Positions 1 through 10,148 of a DNA stretch of 50,833 bases are shown in pieces. The stretch's first letter is position 1. Each line of letters begins with the position of its first letter. The translations under genes and the position numbers were made by a program. The DNA comes from Tortispora ganteri (Eukaryota). Under the pieces are notes generated by a model. The model did no database searches and was not told where the DNA came from. It worked only from the letters and a program-made list of their open reading frames with translations. The DNA is taken from assembly GCA_003707115.1 (NCBI GenBank), contig PPNB01000025.1, forward strand, positions 62,001 through 112,833. The letters are read 5' to 3'.

Positions 1-910
1 AGTGTGCCCTGTTTGCTCGATCAAGTTGTATGAAAGCCAGCTGAAGCCTGAGGATCGGCTACGAGAACTCGTGATTCTGCGACATAACCAGAAAAAAGTT
101 TTAGATGAATCTCGCGCAAACGATCGAGCATCGCACAAAAGGAAACACTCTGAAAACGAGTACGATGATGATAACGATGTCAACTATCATGATATTTACG
201 ATGCTGATCATCAACAAAGTAGTCGCACCCCCACAGCTAGCCGTAACGATCCTGGCTTCTTAGCATTTTGTCCTCTTTGTTCTGATGCTATTACTATCTC
301 AAATGTCGAAAACCATGGTGATATATGTCCTGGTCAAAAAGATCCGCGAGAAGCGAAACCCATGGCTCAACGCTCAATTTCCTTCCTGAAGAAAATGCGA
401 CACTCAGATGAAACTCGGGCTCCTAGCCACCCCCAGCCTGTGCATATACGGCGGCCAACTTATGCGTCCATGAGTGTAAAAGAAATGAAGTCGTTTTGTG
501 TTGACTACAATATACACGATTTGATCCCTAAATACGGCTTGCTGGAAAAGAACCGATTACAAGATATGATAGAAGAATGGATTTCTTTATACAATGGAAA
601 TATTGACAACGCATCTCTTCGTTCACACTCGGAACTGAAGTCAAAATTGGAGAGTTGGATATTGTACAAGTTTGGCGATAAAATAGCGAATAATGCTTCT
701 ATAGACGTCACCAGTGCACATTTCAACAAGGCCGATTGGATTGCAATGCACGATGACTTATATAGAGAGTTAATTGAAAATGCTAAGAGGACATATGCAA
801 AGGTCGAGAATGAACGCACTGTACGTAAACTGGCAAGTACCAATACTGCCATAAGAAGTGATCAAAATCCAGTGCTTGCTGATGACCAGTCTAACAACAC
901 AGGGACTTGA
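1..910 (+). CDS. RAD18: Postreplication repair E3 ubiquitin ligase Rad18, 5' truncated by the window edge
   Basis: Starts at the end of a RING domain (CPVC...LYESQL). Then a UBZ zinc finger (CPLC-x9-H-x3-C), a SAP-like region (YASMSVKEMK...EWISLYNGNID) and a C-terminal W..H...ELIENAKR motif typical of fungal Rad18. Confidence 0.85.
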   Translation, partial: VCPVCSIKLYESQLKPEDRLRELVILRHNQKKVLDESRANDRASHKRKHSENEYDDDNDVNYHDIYDADHQQSSRTPTASRNDPGFLAFCPLCSDAITISNVENHGDICPGQKDPREAKPMAQRSISFLKKMRHSDETRAPSHPQPVHIRRPTYASMSVKEMKSFCVDYNIHDLIPKYGLLEKNRLQDMIEEWISLYNGNIDNASLRSHSELKSKLESWILYKFGDKIANNASIDVTSAHFNKADWIAMHDDLYRELIENAKRTYAKVENERTVRKLASTNTAIRSDQNPVLADDQSNNTGT

Positions 911-931
911 TTCTGCAGTGTGTTATGTATA

Positions 932-2200
932 TTATTGAGCTGGAATTGCTTGAATATCTTCTGAAGCTTCCTCGTGTTTATCTTGTTGTTCAGGCTCTTT
1001 TGCCTCATTGTTAGGAGAAGTTTCGGGTACGTTCAAGTTGTCCAGCTTTGATTTCTGGTCTTCGAGGACTAACTGCGCAAACTCCTCTTCTAGTTCTTCT
1101 TCTTCGATACTTAAATCCTGTTTGGGAGCAATTGCATGAGATATCTCGTCCGATATGGCTATCTGTTCACTTACATCGTCGACCAGGTTTTCGATGTTCT
1201 CAATGCTTCCTATCTCAGAATTTAACTGGCTAAGGGCTGCTTTGCTGGACTCAAGTGTATTAGCTTGCTGTGCATTCAAGTAGGATCTTTCTATTCCGGA
1301 GAGTATTTTCTCATATTTTTCGCGGATACTCAAATAGCCAGATAATGACTTTTCCTTTATCTTCCGAACTCTTAATATATGAAGGGCCTCTTTGCGATTT
1401 CCCTTTTCAGCGCAATCACGGGCCTTTTCTGTGGCATCGCTTATTGCGATGGAAAGTGACTGTATTTTAGTGTCAGCATTTAATAAAGCCGATTTGACAT
1501 CAGCGATATGAAGATCTAGTTTGGTTATTAGGCTTTTTGAGTGTAGCTTGACCACGCCAGCGTGTCTATCATACATGAGTTTGCCCGACTTGCTGAGGTA
1601 TAGTAAACAAATATCCAAATCAGTTGCGGTTATTTTCAGATCTTTGGTTGTAAGTGATATCTCTGAAAGTGGGAAGACTTTATCAATGTCTAGATCTGAT
1701 CCGGAGCATTTGGCTGATAACAGATTGAATATTTCTGTAGAAAGACTGGATACTTTTGGTTTAATAATATAGTCTTGGTTTAATTTGTCTTGCGTAAGCC
1801 CAGAAGCAAGTTCTTTGATAGACGAAACTAAGTAACCAAGTATTCCATGAGTTATGTGGGCATCGTAAGACGATAGGGGTTCAATGACATGTTGATCTAT
1901 GAGATATGAAACGATATCTGGCAGGGCTTTAGGAGGACCTAACTCATCTATAAATATCGCATGAGAAAGTTCTGGAGATACTTTTAAAATTGTACGGTCT
2001 TGAGAAAGAAGAGGGACAGGAGAATTAGTCATGTCAAGTATAAGTTTCTTCCATGCTTCCAGGTTGGCAATGTAACCATCAGGATTTATTTCTTTTAAGC
2101 GAGTAAAATCTGAGTAGAGAGACCTTATTCTTGAAGGTCTAAACAAAGAATGTGATCGTATGAATTGAGATACTTTGTTGTTGTCTTGTTTAGCAATCAT
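932..2200 (-). CDS. CHM7: ESCRT-II/III hybrid protein Chm7/Cmp7 (CHMP7 family)
   Basis: N-terminal RIRSLYSDF..LKEINPDGY.ANL.AW motif, followed by a Snf7 domain (A...LR.RK..EK.L; EEELEEEF..L). Confidence 0.85.
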   Translation of the reverse strand: MIAKQDNNKVSQFIRSHSLFRPSRIRSLYSDFTRLKEINPDGYIANLEAWKKLILDMTNSPVPLLSQDRTILKVSPELSHAIFIDELGPPKALPDIVSYLIDQHVIEPLSSYDAHITHGILGYLVSSIKELASGLTQDKLNQDYIIKPKVSSLSTEIFNLLSAKCSGSDLDIDKVFPLSEISLTTKDLKITATDLDICLLYLSKSGKLMYDRHAGVVKLHSKSLITKLDLHIADVKSALLNADTKIQSLSIAISDATEKARDCAEKGNRKEALHILRVRKIKEKSLSGYLSIREKYEKILSGIERSYLNAQQANTLESSKAALSQLNSEIGSIENIENLVDDVSEQIAISDEISHAIAPKQDLSIEEEELEEEFAQLVLEDQKSKLDNLNVPETSPNNEAKEPEQQDKHEEASEDIQAIPAQ

Positions 2201-2323
2201 GTTTAATTCAAGCGCAGGTAGTCGGTAGGTGGGGGTGTACCACTGCCTTAGAAAACAATGATCAATAAAGTTTGGTGGTGGTAATTTTTTTGATTTTGCA
2301 CTTATCCTTCAGTTAATGGTAAA

Positions 2324-4246
2324 TCATGAATACAGAGATGATGAGAGGCGCGCGTATAAAGTCTGCTCAAAGTTATCCGAGTCCAGTAGCGATGTATAGA
2401 GCGGTTCGATTATGACTAAACAGGACTGTACTCTAGCCTTCAGTGATCGAAAGATATCTTGCTCATTGCTGTATGATCCAGCAAGAATATTCCATTCATT
2501 TGCTGCAATAAGTGTCCAGAACGCAAATTTCCTTTTATGCTCTCCAAATCTTGCACATGCTTGGATCGCGTTCTTCTTCATTGCACAGTCCCCTTCACGA
2601 ATAGATTTCTCCGCAGGTGTTGAAACTCTGACTGCGTATGATCCGTATGCTGCAGCTTGGCGCTCTAACATTAATCCAGTGCAGAACATAGAACTGTTGT
2701 GGCATTTTGAAATAATGTACTGTACCCATTTGCACGCATTGTCGGTGCCAAAAACTCCCTGCAAACGTAAAAGCTCTGAACTCATCAAAAGACATCTAAA
2801 TGTGTATGACAGTGCAGAACATCGTGAAGTATATGAGAAACAAGCAGCGTCTATTACAGGATCAATATTCTCTGTAACTGTCCTACTAGACAGCGGTTTG
2901 CCAATCGGTTCGGCCATTAGTAGGGAAATTGCAGCAAACTCGTTGGCACCTGCCAAGTACTTCCATGCCTTATCATTTAGATAGTCCCTTTTTATCAGAT
3001 CATATATTGTATAACTCGCATTCCAATCTCTGGTCATAAATAGGAGGTCTGCAAGTTTGCGCAATTGTGCTTCCGGCGCACGATAGTCGTACGATCCGGT
3101 CTCTGGGTCGTAACTTGAGGTTGAGGTTGGAGGTGAGGGTGTGCTTGACCGTAAAAGTCCGCTACTGACAAAGTACTTTCGAGATGCAGAAAAGAGTCGA
3201 TTAGTGATTCCCTTTCTAGATGCCGCTACTTGTGTGTTGAGAGTAGCTATAGTCCTCTCGAGGTAAGGGATAAAGCTCTGGCTGACCATTTCGCGCACCA
3301 TTCGTTGTATAGCAGCTATGTCTCTAGAACGCATGTATTTATCAGACTTGGAGAGTCTGACCTCTTCTTCTGGTGATATCCAAGAGGGTATGGGAATTTT
3401 TATAGCGTCTGGATGGTCAGGTGAAGGAGCGTCTGTAGCTGAAAGAGATAGGAAGTGGCAATTTAGACCAAAATGACGTTTCATTTTCTCGAATAGAGCC
3501 GCAGAGGAATCGTAGTCGTCACCTTCATAGTGGATCAGAACGTAGAAACGGAGATACTCGCGATCTATTGCAGGGCTAGCACGCTGGGCGGCAGCTAAGG
3601 AGCCGTTATTAAGAGCTGAGCCGGCTCTGTAAAGACTTGACAATGTATCTATTGGTGAAGGCGTCCGCGACGTAATGACTACTATACCGGCCGTCGGGTG
3701 AGAGAAGGTCTCATGAGGGGAGAGTGGGGGTGCGGATAGCGTTTTCTGGAAGAAGTGGAGGAAGAGGTTAGAAAGTGAGCCGAGAGAAGGGTGAAGGTCG
3801 TTTTGAGAGTAGACAAGCGAGTGGAGTAGAAGCTTGTCAATGTTATTTGCGTCATCCCGAGGTGAATTGGCCGAATAAGCGTCGCTAGAAGAGGTGGAGT
3901 GTTCATCAGGAGGCAATACAAAGTGAACGTTGAAGTTGTCTATAGTGGTAGAAAGTCCTTTTGAGTTCCTGATGACTACGGATTTTGATATCAGCTCGCC
4001 GAAGGGTCTAATGAGCTGGAAGAAGGAAGAGAAGTTGAGTTTGCGAGCTAGCTGGTTTGCGTCCTCAGACGCAAATACTGCGATTCGAGGAGCAAACGCT
4101 TGAGCTATGAGGGACCTTATGCATTCTAGTTCTGCAGCGGCAGTATTAGATGAGTCAAAAGACCTTAGAGTGTGAAGTATAGCTTTTTCATGTGCAGGAA
4201 TACTTAATTCCTTCCAGCGTTCTTCATCCCATTCGTAATCCTTCAT
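2324..4246 (-). CDS. TRS85: TRAPP III subunit Trs85
   Basis: Motifs AFAPRIAV, PPLSPHETFSHP, MKRHFGL.CH.L, VREMV.QS.IP..ER, EAQLRKLAD..FM.RDW and D..NDKAWKY.AG. Confidence 0.9.
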   Translation of the reverse strand: MKDYEWDEERWKELSIPAHEKAILHTLRSFDSSNTAAAELECIRSLIAQAFAPRIAVFASEDANQLARKLNFSSFFQLIRPFGELISKSVVIRNSKGLSTTIDNFNVHFVLPPDEHSTSSSDAYSANSPRDDANNIDKLLLHSLVYSQNDLHPSLGSLSNLFLHFFQKTLSAPPLSPHETFSHPTAGIVVITSRTPSPIDTLSSLYRAGSALNNGSLAAAQRASPAIDREYLRFYVLIHYEGDDYDSSAALFEKMKRHFGLNCHFLSLSATDAPSPDHPDAIKIPIPSWISPEEEVRLSKSDKYMRSRDIAAIQRMVREMVSQSFIPYLERTIATLNTQVAASRKGITNRLFSASRKYFVSSGLLRSSTPSPPTSTSSYDPETGSYDYRAPEAQLRKLADLLFMTRDWNASYTIYDLIKRDYLNDKAWKYLAGANEFAAISLLMAEPIGKPLSSRTVTENIDPVIDAACFSYTSRCSALSYTFRCLLMSSELLRLQGVFGTDNACKWVQYIISKCHNSSMFCTGLMLERQAAAYGSYAVRVSTPAEKSIREGDCAMKKNAIQACARFGEHKRKFAFWTLIAANEWNILAGSYSNEQDIFRSLKARVQSCLVIIEPLYTSLLDSDNFEQTLYARLSSSLYS

Positions 4247-4441
4247 AATGTAGCCGATTACAGCACATGTAGATTTTGAAATGGTTAAACTGCAAAGACT
4301 ATAGAGGGGAATTGGGACAGTACCTGAGATTCAATTTGGGCCGTTTCGCCGGCTCTAAACTGCAACCTTCCCATAAAGGAAGTATTGAATTGTACCAATT
4401 TTACTAATTTACCGCACAAAACAAACTGTCTATATGCAATA

Positions 4442-5950
4442 ATGATCCAGAACAATTCAGTATCTATAAGAAAAGCAAGGAGTCATCTGAAAACATGGAG
4501 TCCTGACCTCTCAGCTGCAGATGTCCCAGACAAGGACCTCATATCTGGCGAGATCAGCTTGGACCAGACCATTACTAAACCGAAGACTCATCAACGAAAA
4601 TCTTCAAGAAGTATTCATTATGACAAATATCTGGTAGAAACAAAGCCCAGTTTGCTCACTCAACACCTATCGTTAGACTCTCCTTTCTTTGGAATTTACA
4701 CTCTCGCATGGATGATCATATTCATGATTGCCATCCACACCTTCGTTGACAACTACGCCACCAAAGGATACGTAACCACGTTCAATGTTGTGCGTATACT
4801 GAACTCGCGTCTAGTGTTGGTCGCCTTTGCTGACTTTTTAATGTACGCATCTACATATGTCACATTCCTGATCCACCTCCTCGTACAAAAAGGTTACATT
4901 TCCTGGAACTGGTTAGGCATCTTCCTGCAGAATATATGGCAGGCTGTTTTCCTCGCCATCTCTAACTACATTCCCATATACTTTGATTTCCCCTGGACTG
5001 GGAGGGTCTTTATAGTTCTTCACAGTATCGTACTGCTTATGAAGCAACATTCCTACGCCTTCTACAGCGGGTACTTAAGCGAAACTTTGAAATCACTCAA
5101 ACAATGCCAGGGACTCAAAACCAAGTCAGAAGAAGAACTCCAATCGCTTAATTTGACCCTAAAAGAGGTCAATGATACTATAGCAGATCTTACAGCTAGC
5201 TTGAAGTCCTACTCCGGGTCTGTAGTGTACCCTGAAAATGTTACACTAGCCAACTACTTCATGTTCTCCATGTATCCCACTGTCGTTTATTATCTCGAAT
5301 ATCCCCGGACAAAGAAAATCAACTGGAGCCAGGTATTTCTACGAATACTAGCTACGTTCGGTGTCCTGGGTCTAATGATATTCGTGGCAGAGGAGTCAAT
5401 GTACGACAACATCGTGCAAATGACCCACATTGCCAATGAACCTCTTATGTACAGGATTAAAATGTACCCTATCCTGTTGATTCAAATAGTCCCCAGCTTT
5501 GCAATACAGTATCTCCTCAGCTTCTATATCATATGGGAAGCCATTTTGAATGCATTGGCAGAGCTCACTAGATTCGCAGACAGACGGTTCTATGGATACT
5601 GGTGGAATTCAGTAAGCTGGGACGAGTTTGCACGCAATTGGAACGTACCAGTTCACTTGTTTCTGCTGAGACACGTATATCATTCGTCAATATCAGCAAT
5701 GAATGTTTCAAAGCAGACGGCGACACTAATGACGTTTTTCCTGAGCTCGTGTATTCACGAACTGGTCATGTTCGTTATTTTTCAGCGGGTCCGAGGATAT
5801 CTGCTCATACTTCAAATGACGCAATTGCCGCTAGTAGCATTATCACGGACCAAATTCATGAAAGACAAGAAGGTCCTGGGTAACATAATTTTCTGGCTAG
5901 GAATATTTACCGGCCCTTCGCTGATGTGCACTATGTACCTGACATTCTAG
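4442..5950 (+). CDS. ARE2: Sterol O-acyltransferase (MBOAT family, Are1/Are2)
   Basis: Motifs MKQHSYAF, AELTRFADR.FY..WWNS.SWDEFARNWNVPVH and catalytic HEL. The first in-frame ATG is at 4442; the ORF track starts at an upstream TTG. Confidence 0.9.
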   Translation: MIQNNSVSIRKARSHLKTWSPDLSAADVPDKDLISGEISLDQTITKPKTHQRKSSRSIHYDKYLVETKPSLLTQHLSLDSPFFGIYTLAWMIIFMIAIHTFVDNYATKGYVTTFNVVRILNSRLVLVAFADFLMYASTYVTFLIHLLVQKGYISWNWLGIFLQNIWQAVFLAISNYIPIYFDFPWTGRVFIVLHSIVLLMKQHSYAFYSGYLSETLKSLKQCQGLKTKSEEELQSLNLTLKEVNDTIADLTASLKSYSGSVVYPENVTLANYFMFSMYPTVVYYLEYPRTKKINWSQVFLRILATFGVLGLMIFVAEESMYDNIVQMTHIANEPLMYRIKMYPILLIQIVPSFAIQYLLSFYIIWEAILNALAELTRFADRRFYGYWWNSVSWDEFARNWNVPVHLFLLRHVYHSSISAMNVSKQTATLMTFFLSSCIHELVMFVIFQRVRGYLLILQMTQLPLVALSRTKFMKDKKVLGNIIFWLGIFTGPSLMCTMYLTF

Positions 5951-6600
5951 TTTAGCGATGCTTCAATTTCCTTTTTTATGTCGAGATGAAGGGATTCGCA
6001 TTCACCACAAGCACTTTCGAGGGATGTGATCAGACTGCTTCTGTCGATATGCGGACCCATGCTCTCACAGAGTAAGATACGACTGGCACGATCACTAACA
6101 AGTTCGTATACAATAATATGAAATGTATTAGGATCAGATTTTTGCACGGACGCAGAAAAGGTGGCTTTCATTTCTATCCGAGCATCGAGGAGAGCCATTA
6201 TTATGGCATTAAACATAGCTGCTTGCAAGAACCATGGCGAGGATGGATCAGTCAGTGTGTTTGATGATACTTGCACTACTACCTGAATGAGCGATCGAGG
6301 GTACTTGTGCAGGAGTATAACGCCAGAGTCTTTCAGCAATGCGAGTATTTTGGCCGCTATCCTCTGTTCTTTAGTTGTAGTTACACCAACTAGCGGTGCT
6401 ACAGTAACAGAGATCACTGCCTTTTGTGGGTCTTCGCTTCTTAGGGAGATTGGTGGCAGAGGCCCAGAGACCGAGGCCATGACCTCGATCTTGGGTGCCA
6501 ACGATGTGTACGGCGTATCGTTAGGAAATGTGTAGCCAAAAGTGGCGAACCCGTCGCAAGTTTTCGATTTTGCCAGCACACAGTGATGCTTAACTGACAT
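5947..6600 (-). CDS. RRP46: Exosome core subunit, RNase PH family (Rrp46-like)
   Basis: Pattern DG.A, ASVSGP, E.P..A.I.V.V.P..G, YPRSLIQVVVQ and NA...ALLDA.I.M. The sequence is divergent. Confidence 0.75.
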   Translation of the reverse strand: MSVKHHCVLAKSKTCDGFATFGYTFPNDTPYTSLAPKIEVMASVSGPLPPISLRSEDPQKAVISVTVAPLVGVTTTKEQRIAAKILALLKDSGVILLHKYPRSLIQVVVQVSSNTLTDPSSPWFLQAAMFNAIIMALLDARIEMKATFSASVQKSDPNTFHIIVYELVSDRASRILLCESMGPHIDRSSLITSLESACGECESLHLDIKKEIEASLN

Positions 6601-6727
6601 TATTTGGGCGTGTCAACTATAAGGGTGATTACGTCGCTAAGTGATAGAGGCAGGTGGTATGTATATATAAGGAGGAGGTGAAAAGTGTGAAAACCTTCAC
6701 ACCTCCCATTTCACCTCCCTTTTGGCG

Positions 6728-8170
6728 ATGCAAGTGGCACGAAAAAAGCTGAGAATGGCTATCCAATTGACGCAGACTGAAAATAAAATAAGAAACTTGC
6801 TTGTATCGTGCTGCGAGCATATCAAGAATACCGAGAGCAAGGAGATTATTCTAAGGTGGACTGGAGGATGGGTACGGGACAAGTTGCTAGGTCTGCCTTC
6901 CTCAGATTTGGACGTGACGATCGACAAATTGACAGGATACGAATTTGCTACTAGACTAGAAAATTATGCAAAAATACACGAGCCACATGCTTTGTCGAAA
7001 GGTGCTGAACATATTCATCTAATAGCGAAAAATCCGGACAAATCAAAACATCTAGAGACTGCAATTATGAGGTTGTACAACAACGACCTGGATTTTGTGA
7101 ATCTGAGATCGGAAGAGTATACGTCCGATAGCAGGATTCCTGTTATGAAGTTTGGTACACCCAAGGAAGATGCAGAAAGAAGAGACGCCACATTAAACGC
7201 ATTGTTCTACAATTTGCAGACTCAGGCCGTGGAAGATTACACCGGCAAGGGTCTGAAAGACCTGAGTGACGGAGTACTGAGAACGCCATTAGACCCAATT
7301 GAGACTTTTCTCGATGACCCTCTGCGTGTATTACGTTTAATCAGGTTTGCAGCCAGGTTCGATATGGATATCGCTAGTGAGACAGAAGAAGCGATGAAAG
7401 ATGACCGCATTAAGGACGCCATGCGATTGAAAATCTCGCGAGAACGTATCGGAGCTGAACTGAAAAAAATTTTCAGTTCTTCAAAGCCGCAAAAAGCACT
7501 TATGTACATATACAACAACGGACTTTACGAGTCGATTTTCTCGCTGTGCGATAAGGGGCCTCTTGTAGGCCTGCAAGTTGATCTGGACAAGGACGTGCGA
7601 AGGGCACTGGAGGTGCTTAAGGTAGCGCCATCCTCCATAGAATTGCCGAAGTTCTGGTTGGCCGTGAGCTTAGTTCCTTATGGCGGACACGAAATGCGCA
7701 TAGGTAAAAAGCAGGACAAGTCGATAACCGCGGCAGAATATGTTGTGCGCGAAGGAATAAAGTTCCCGGGATCAGATGCGAACTTTATTGCAGCAGTATC
7801 TGACACTATCGATGAAACGATAGCGTGCCAAAGCGAAATAGATCGCACAGGCAACCCCATTGATGCGCGTGTGAGACTCGGTAACCTTGTGCGGACGTTG
7901 GGCAGTGACTGGTTGACGATAATCTGTGCGCAAGCCGTTATGAATTACGAAGTTAAATATGAAACTATGATCAACAGAATACAAGCTTTGGGGCTGGAGA
8001 ATTGTTATGGAATGAAGCCGTTACTGACAGGGAAGGATCTAATGAGTATACTAAACGAGAAGCCTGGTCCATGGCTTGCGGGGAAGCTGCAGGAAGTGAT
8101 TGATATTCAGCTTGCATATCCAAACATTTCAAAGGATGCACTTGCAGATAGAATCAAAGGTCCAAAATAG
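6728..8170 (+). CDS. CCA1: CCA tRNA nucleotidyltransferase
   Basis: Motifs GGWVRDKLLG..S.DLD, NPDKSKHLETA, DFVNLRSE.Y, DA.RRD.T.NALFYN, DDPLRVLR.IRFA and ISRERIG.E. In-frame ATGs at 6728 and 6755. Confidence 0.95.
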   Translation: MQVARKKLRMAIQLTQTENKIRNLLVSCCEHIKNTESKEIILRWTGGWVRDKLLGLPSSDLDVTIDKLTGYEFATRLENYAKIHEPHALSKGAEHIHLIAKNPDKSKHLETAIMRLYNNDLDFVNLRSEEYTSDSRIPVMKFGTPKEDAERRDATLNALFYNLQTQAVEDYTGKGLKDLSDGVLRTPLDPIETFLDDPLRVLRLIRFAARFDMDIASETEEAMKDDRIKDAMRLKISRERIGAELKKIFSSSKPQKALMYIYNNGLYESIFSLCDKGPLVGLQVDLDKDVRRALEVLKVAPSSIELPKFWLAVSLVPYGGHEMRIGKKQDKSITAAEYVVREGIKFPGSDANFIAAVSDTIDETIACQSEIDRTGNPIDARVRLGNLVRTLGSDWLTIICAQAVMNYEVKYETMINRIQALGLENCYGMKPLLTGKDLMSILNEKPGPWLAGKLQEVIDIQLAYPNISKDALADRIKGPK

Positions 8171-10148
8171 GAAAGTGTACCGGACGAATTCGAAGAGAGT
8201 TTGGTTTCTTTTATATGCTTTTTCGCTTTTATGGAGCCGGCGGTAATATTCTTATTCTGGTAAGTTTTCGGTGCCAAAGGATTAATCCGAGGCTTAGGAA
8301 ATAACTCCTGATATTTCCGAGGCTAATATGAGAAGGTTGGATAGTTATTGGATTACTGAAGGTTTCCCATCTATGTAGCTGTCACACTACGAATAGGGAC
8401 GTTCTGGTTCTATGCGTGATACTTGAAACAGTATATTCCGAGATGATAATCTCCATTTAGGATAGTCGTCGGATTTTCGCTTATCATCAGCGATATCATT
8501 TGCACTAGACGATAATGAATATTAGCCGTTCTATGGGTTTCATCCCCTCTAAGTAATGCCCATTTAGACCCCGCATTTAGCAATTGGGACTGAAACGGTA
8601 TAAAGAAAGTTAATGCAAAATATGCTTATTCTGCCTGTCAAAGGTCGGGTTGTTTTTTCCGTGTACAATATATCTGAGGTCCTATATGCCGTCGCTTTTG
8701 AATAAATTACCGGTCTAAGACAGCAAAGCAATAGATCGATGTAATCGCAATGACTTCCTTGTTATTTTAATACTGGAAATGCGAGCCTAGTAAATCGATG
8801 CCTATGCTTCTGCAATGGGGGGTCGGCATCGGGCCAAGGGTATCGGGATTCAAAGTAAAGGATTATACTTCTTCCCACTTCATTATAAACAGCTCTCTGG
8901 TCCAGTCACTGCACTTTATTCATGAGTCCAGATTCATTATTCGACTAGCCCGTGCACGTCAACTGCGATACTGTACACTGAGGGTAGTCAGCAATGAGGT
9001 TTTGTTCGTAAATACGCAGTTTTTTCTAACCAGTAGCTCACTCTACCATCGGAGTACCTACTGGCGGTTACTGTTGTGGAACAAGGAACATTAAAGGAAC
9101 TGAAAATAATTTTCCGAAACTCTAATTCCAAGCAGGTGTGCCAAACTACCGAACGACTGACACGATTTGGCTCCGTATAAAAGCGATAATGGCCGATAAT
9201 AAACAGTTTACTGATCCCAATTGCAGAACCCTGGATAATAAATAGCGCAACTACAATACCTGAACTTAAAAGTAGCGATCGCTCTGTTGAAAGTTTTACC
9301 GAACTGAACGACCCGGCCTTGCATCGGGTACGGTTTACAGAGGCACTGCAGAATCATTCAGTATTCTGGATAGTTTTCACCAGAAAAGGAGATCAACTAC
9401 GCCTGTACATTGTGCAATGCTACCGGTTCAGGAATTTCGATCTCGCAGTTGACAAAAATGGCGTCATACACAGCCCCTCTTCATGCGAATTTCCTCTTTT
9501 TCAACTTCTTGTTATTGTGATTCTAGGCACAGCAATTGACTGATCGCATTAGCTAAACAAGCAATACATCAGCCAATCGCTTGCCCTCTTCGATCGAGTC
9601 ATCTGCTATAAAATCCGCATAGGAACCTTGCGATATACGGAACCAATCAAACATGTTGCTGCTCGTCATGTTACAGACTAATTCGCATGTAGTTTTTACA
9701 CAATCCGTAACTATCTACCTATTCCTTCCCCCACTTTCATCGTAAAATGACAGCTATTTGGGTTTACAATAGCGTTTATTGGTTTTCTGCCTCTCCACTT
9801 TCGCAGGCCATACTTAGTCCCACCTAACAAAGAACTTAAACTAAACTTAAAACTCTATTTTACGGTTATTCCACACTAGTTTATTATATCTACCCACGGT
9901 TATTATCTATCTTCCCCCCTCTTTTTTTTTTCTATTAAAAGTATTTAGGACAGCGGTCATATAGATAAACGACCTATATTACAGAATCGACACTTATTCA
10001 CCGACATTCACACTCTATTTGCTAATCAGAACCAATAGATACACTACTGGTATCCGCTATCGCTGTGACCACTCCCCTCCAACCTTGTGCGATCCGCTCA
10101 ACACCCCCGCTATTATCTCTAACTCAGCTATCTCAGAACATATTCAGC

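Noticed and set aside
8561..8580. CATTTAGACCCCGCATTTAG as a possible telomerase template
   Set aside because: A nearby 7-nt direct repeat is expected by chance in 2 kb, and there is no supporting structure.
8798..9543. Short ORFs in the RGT1 upstream region, and the many antisense or nested ORFs in the track
   Set aside because: No recognisable domains, often non-ATG starts, and most are shadows of real genes.
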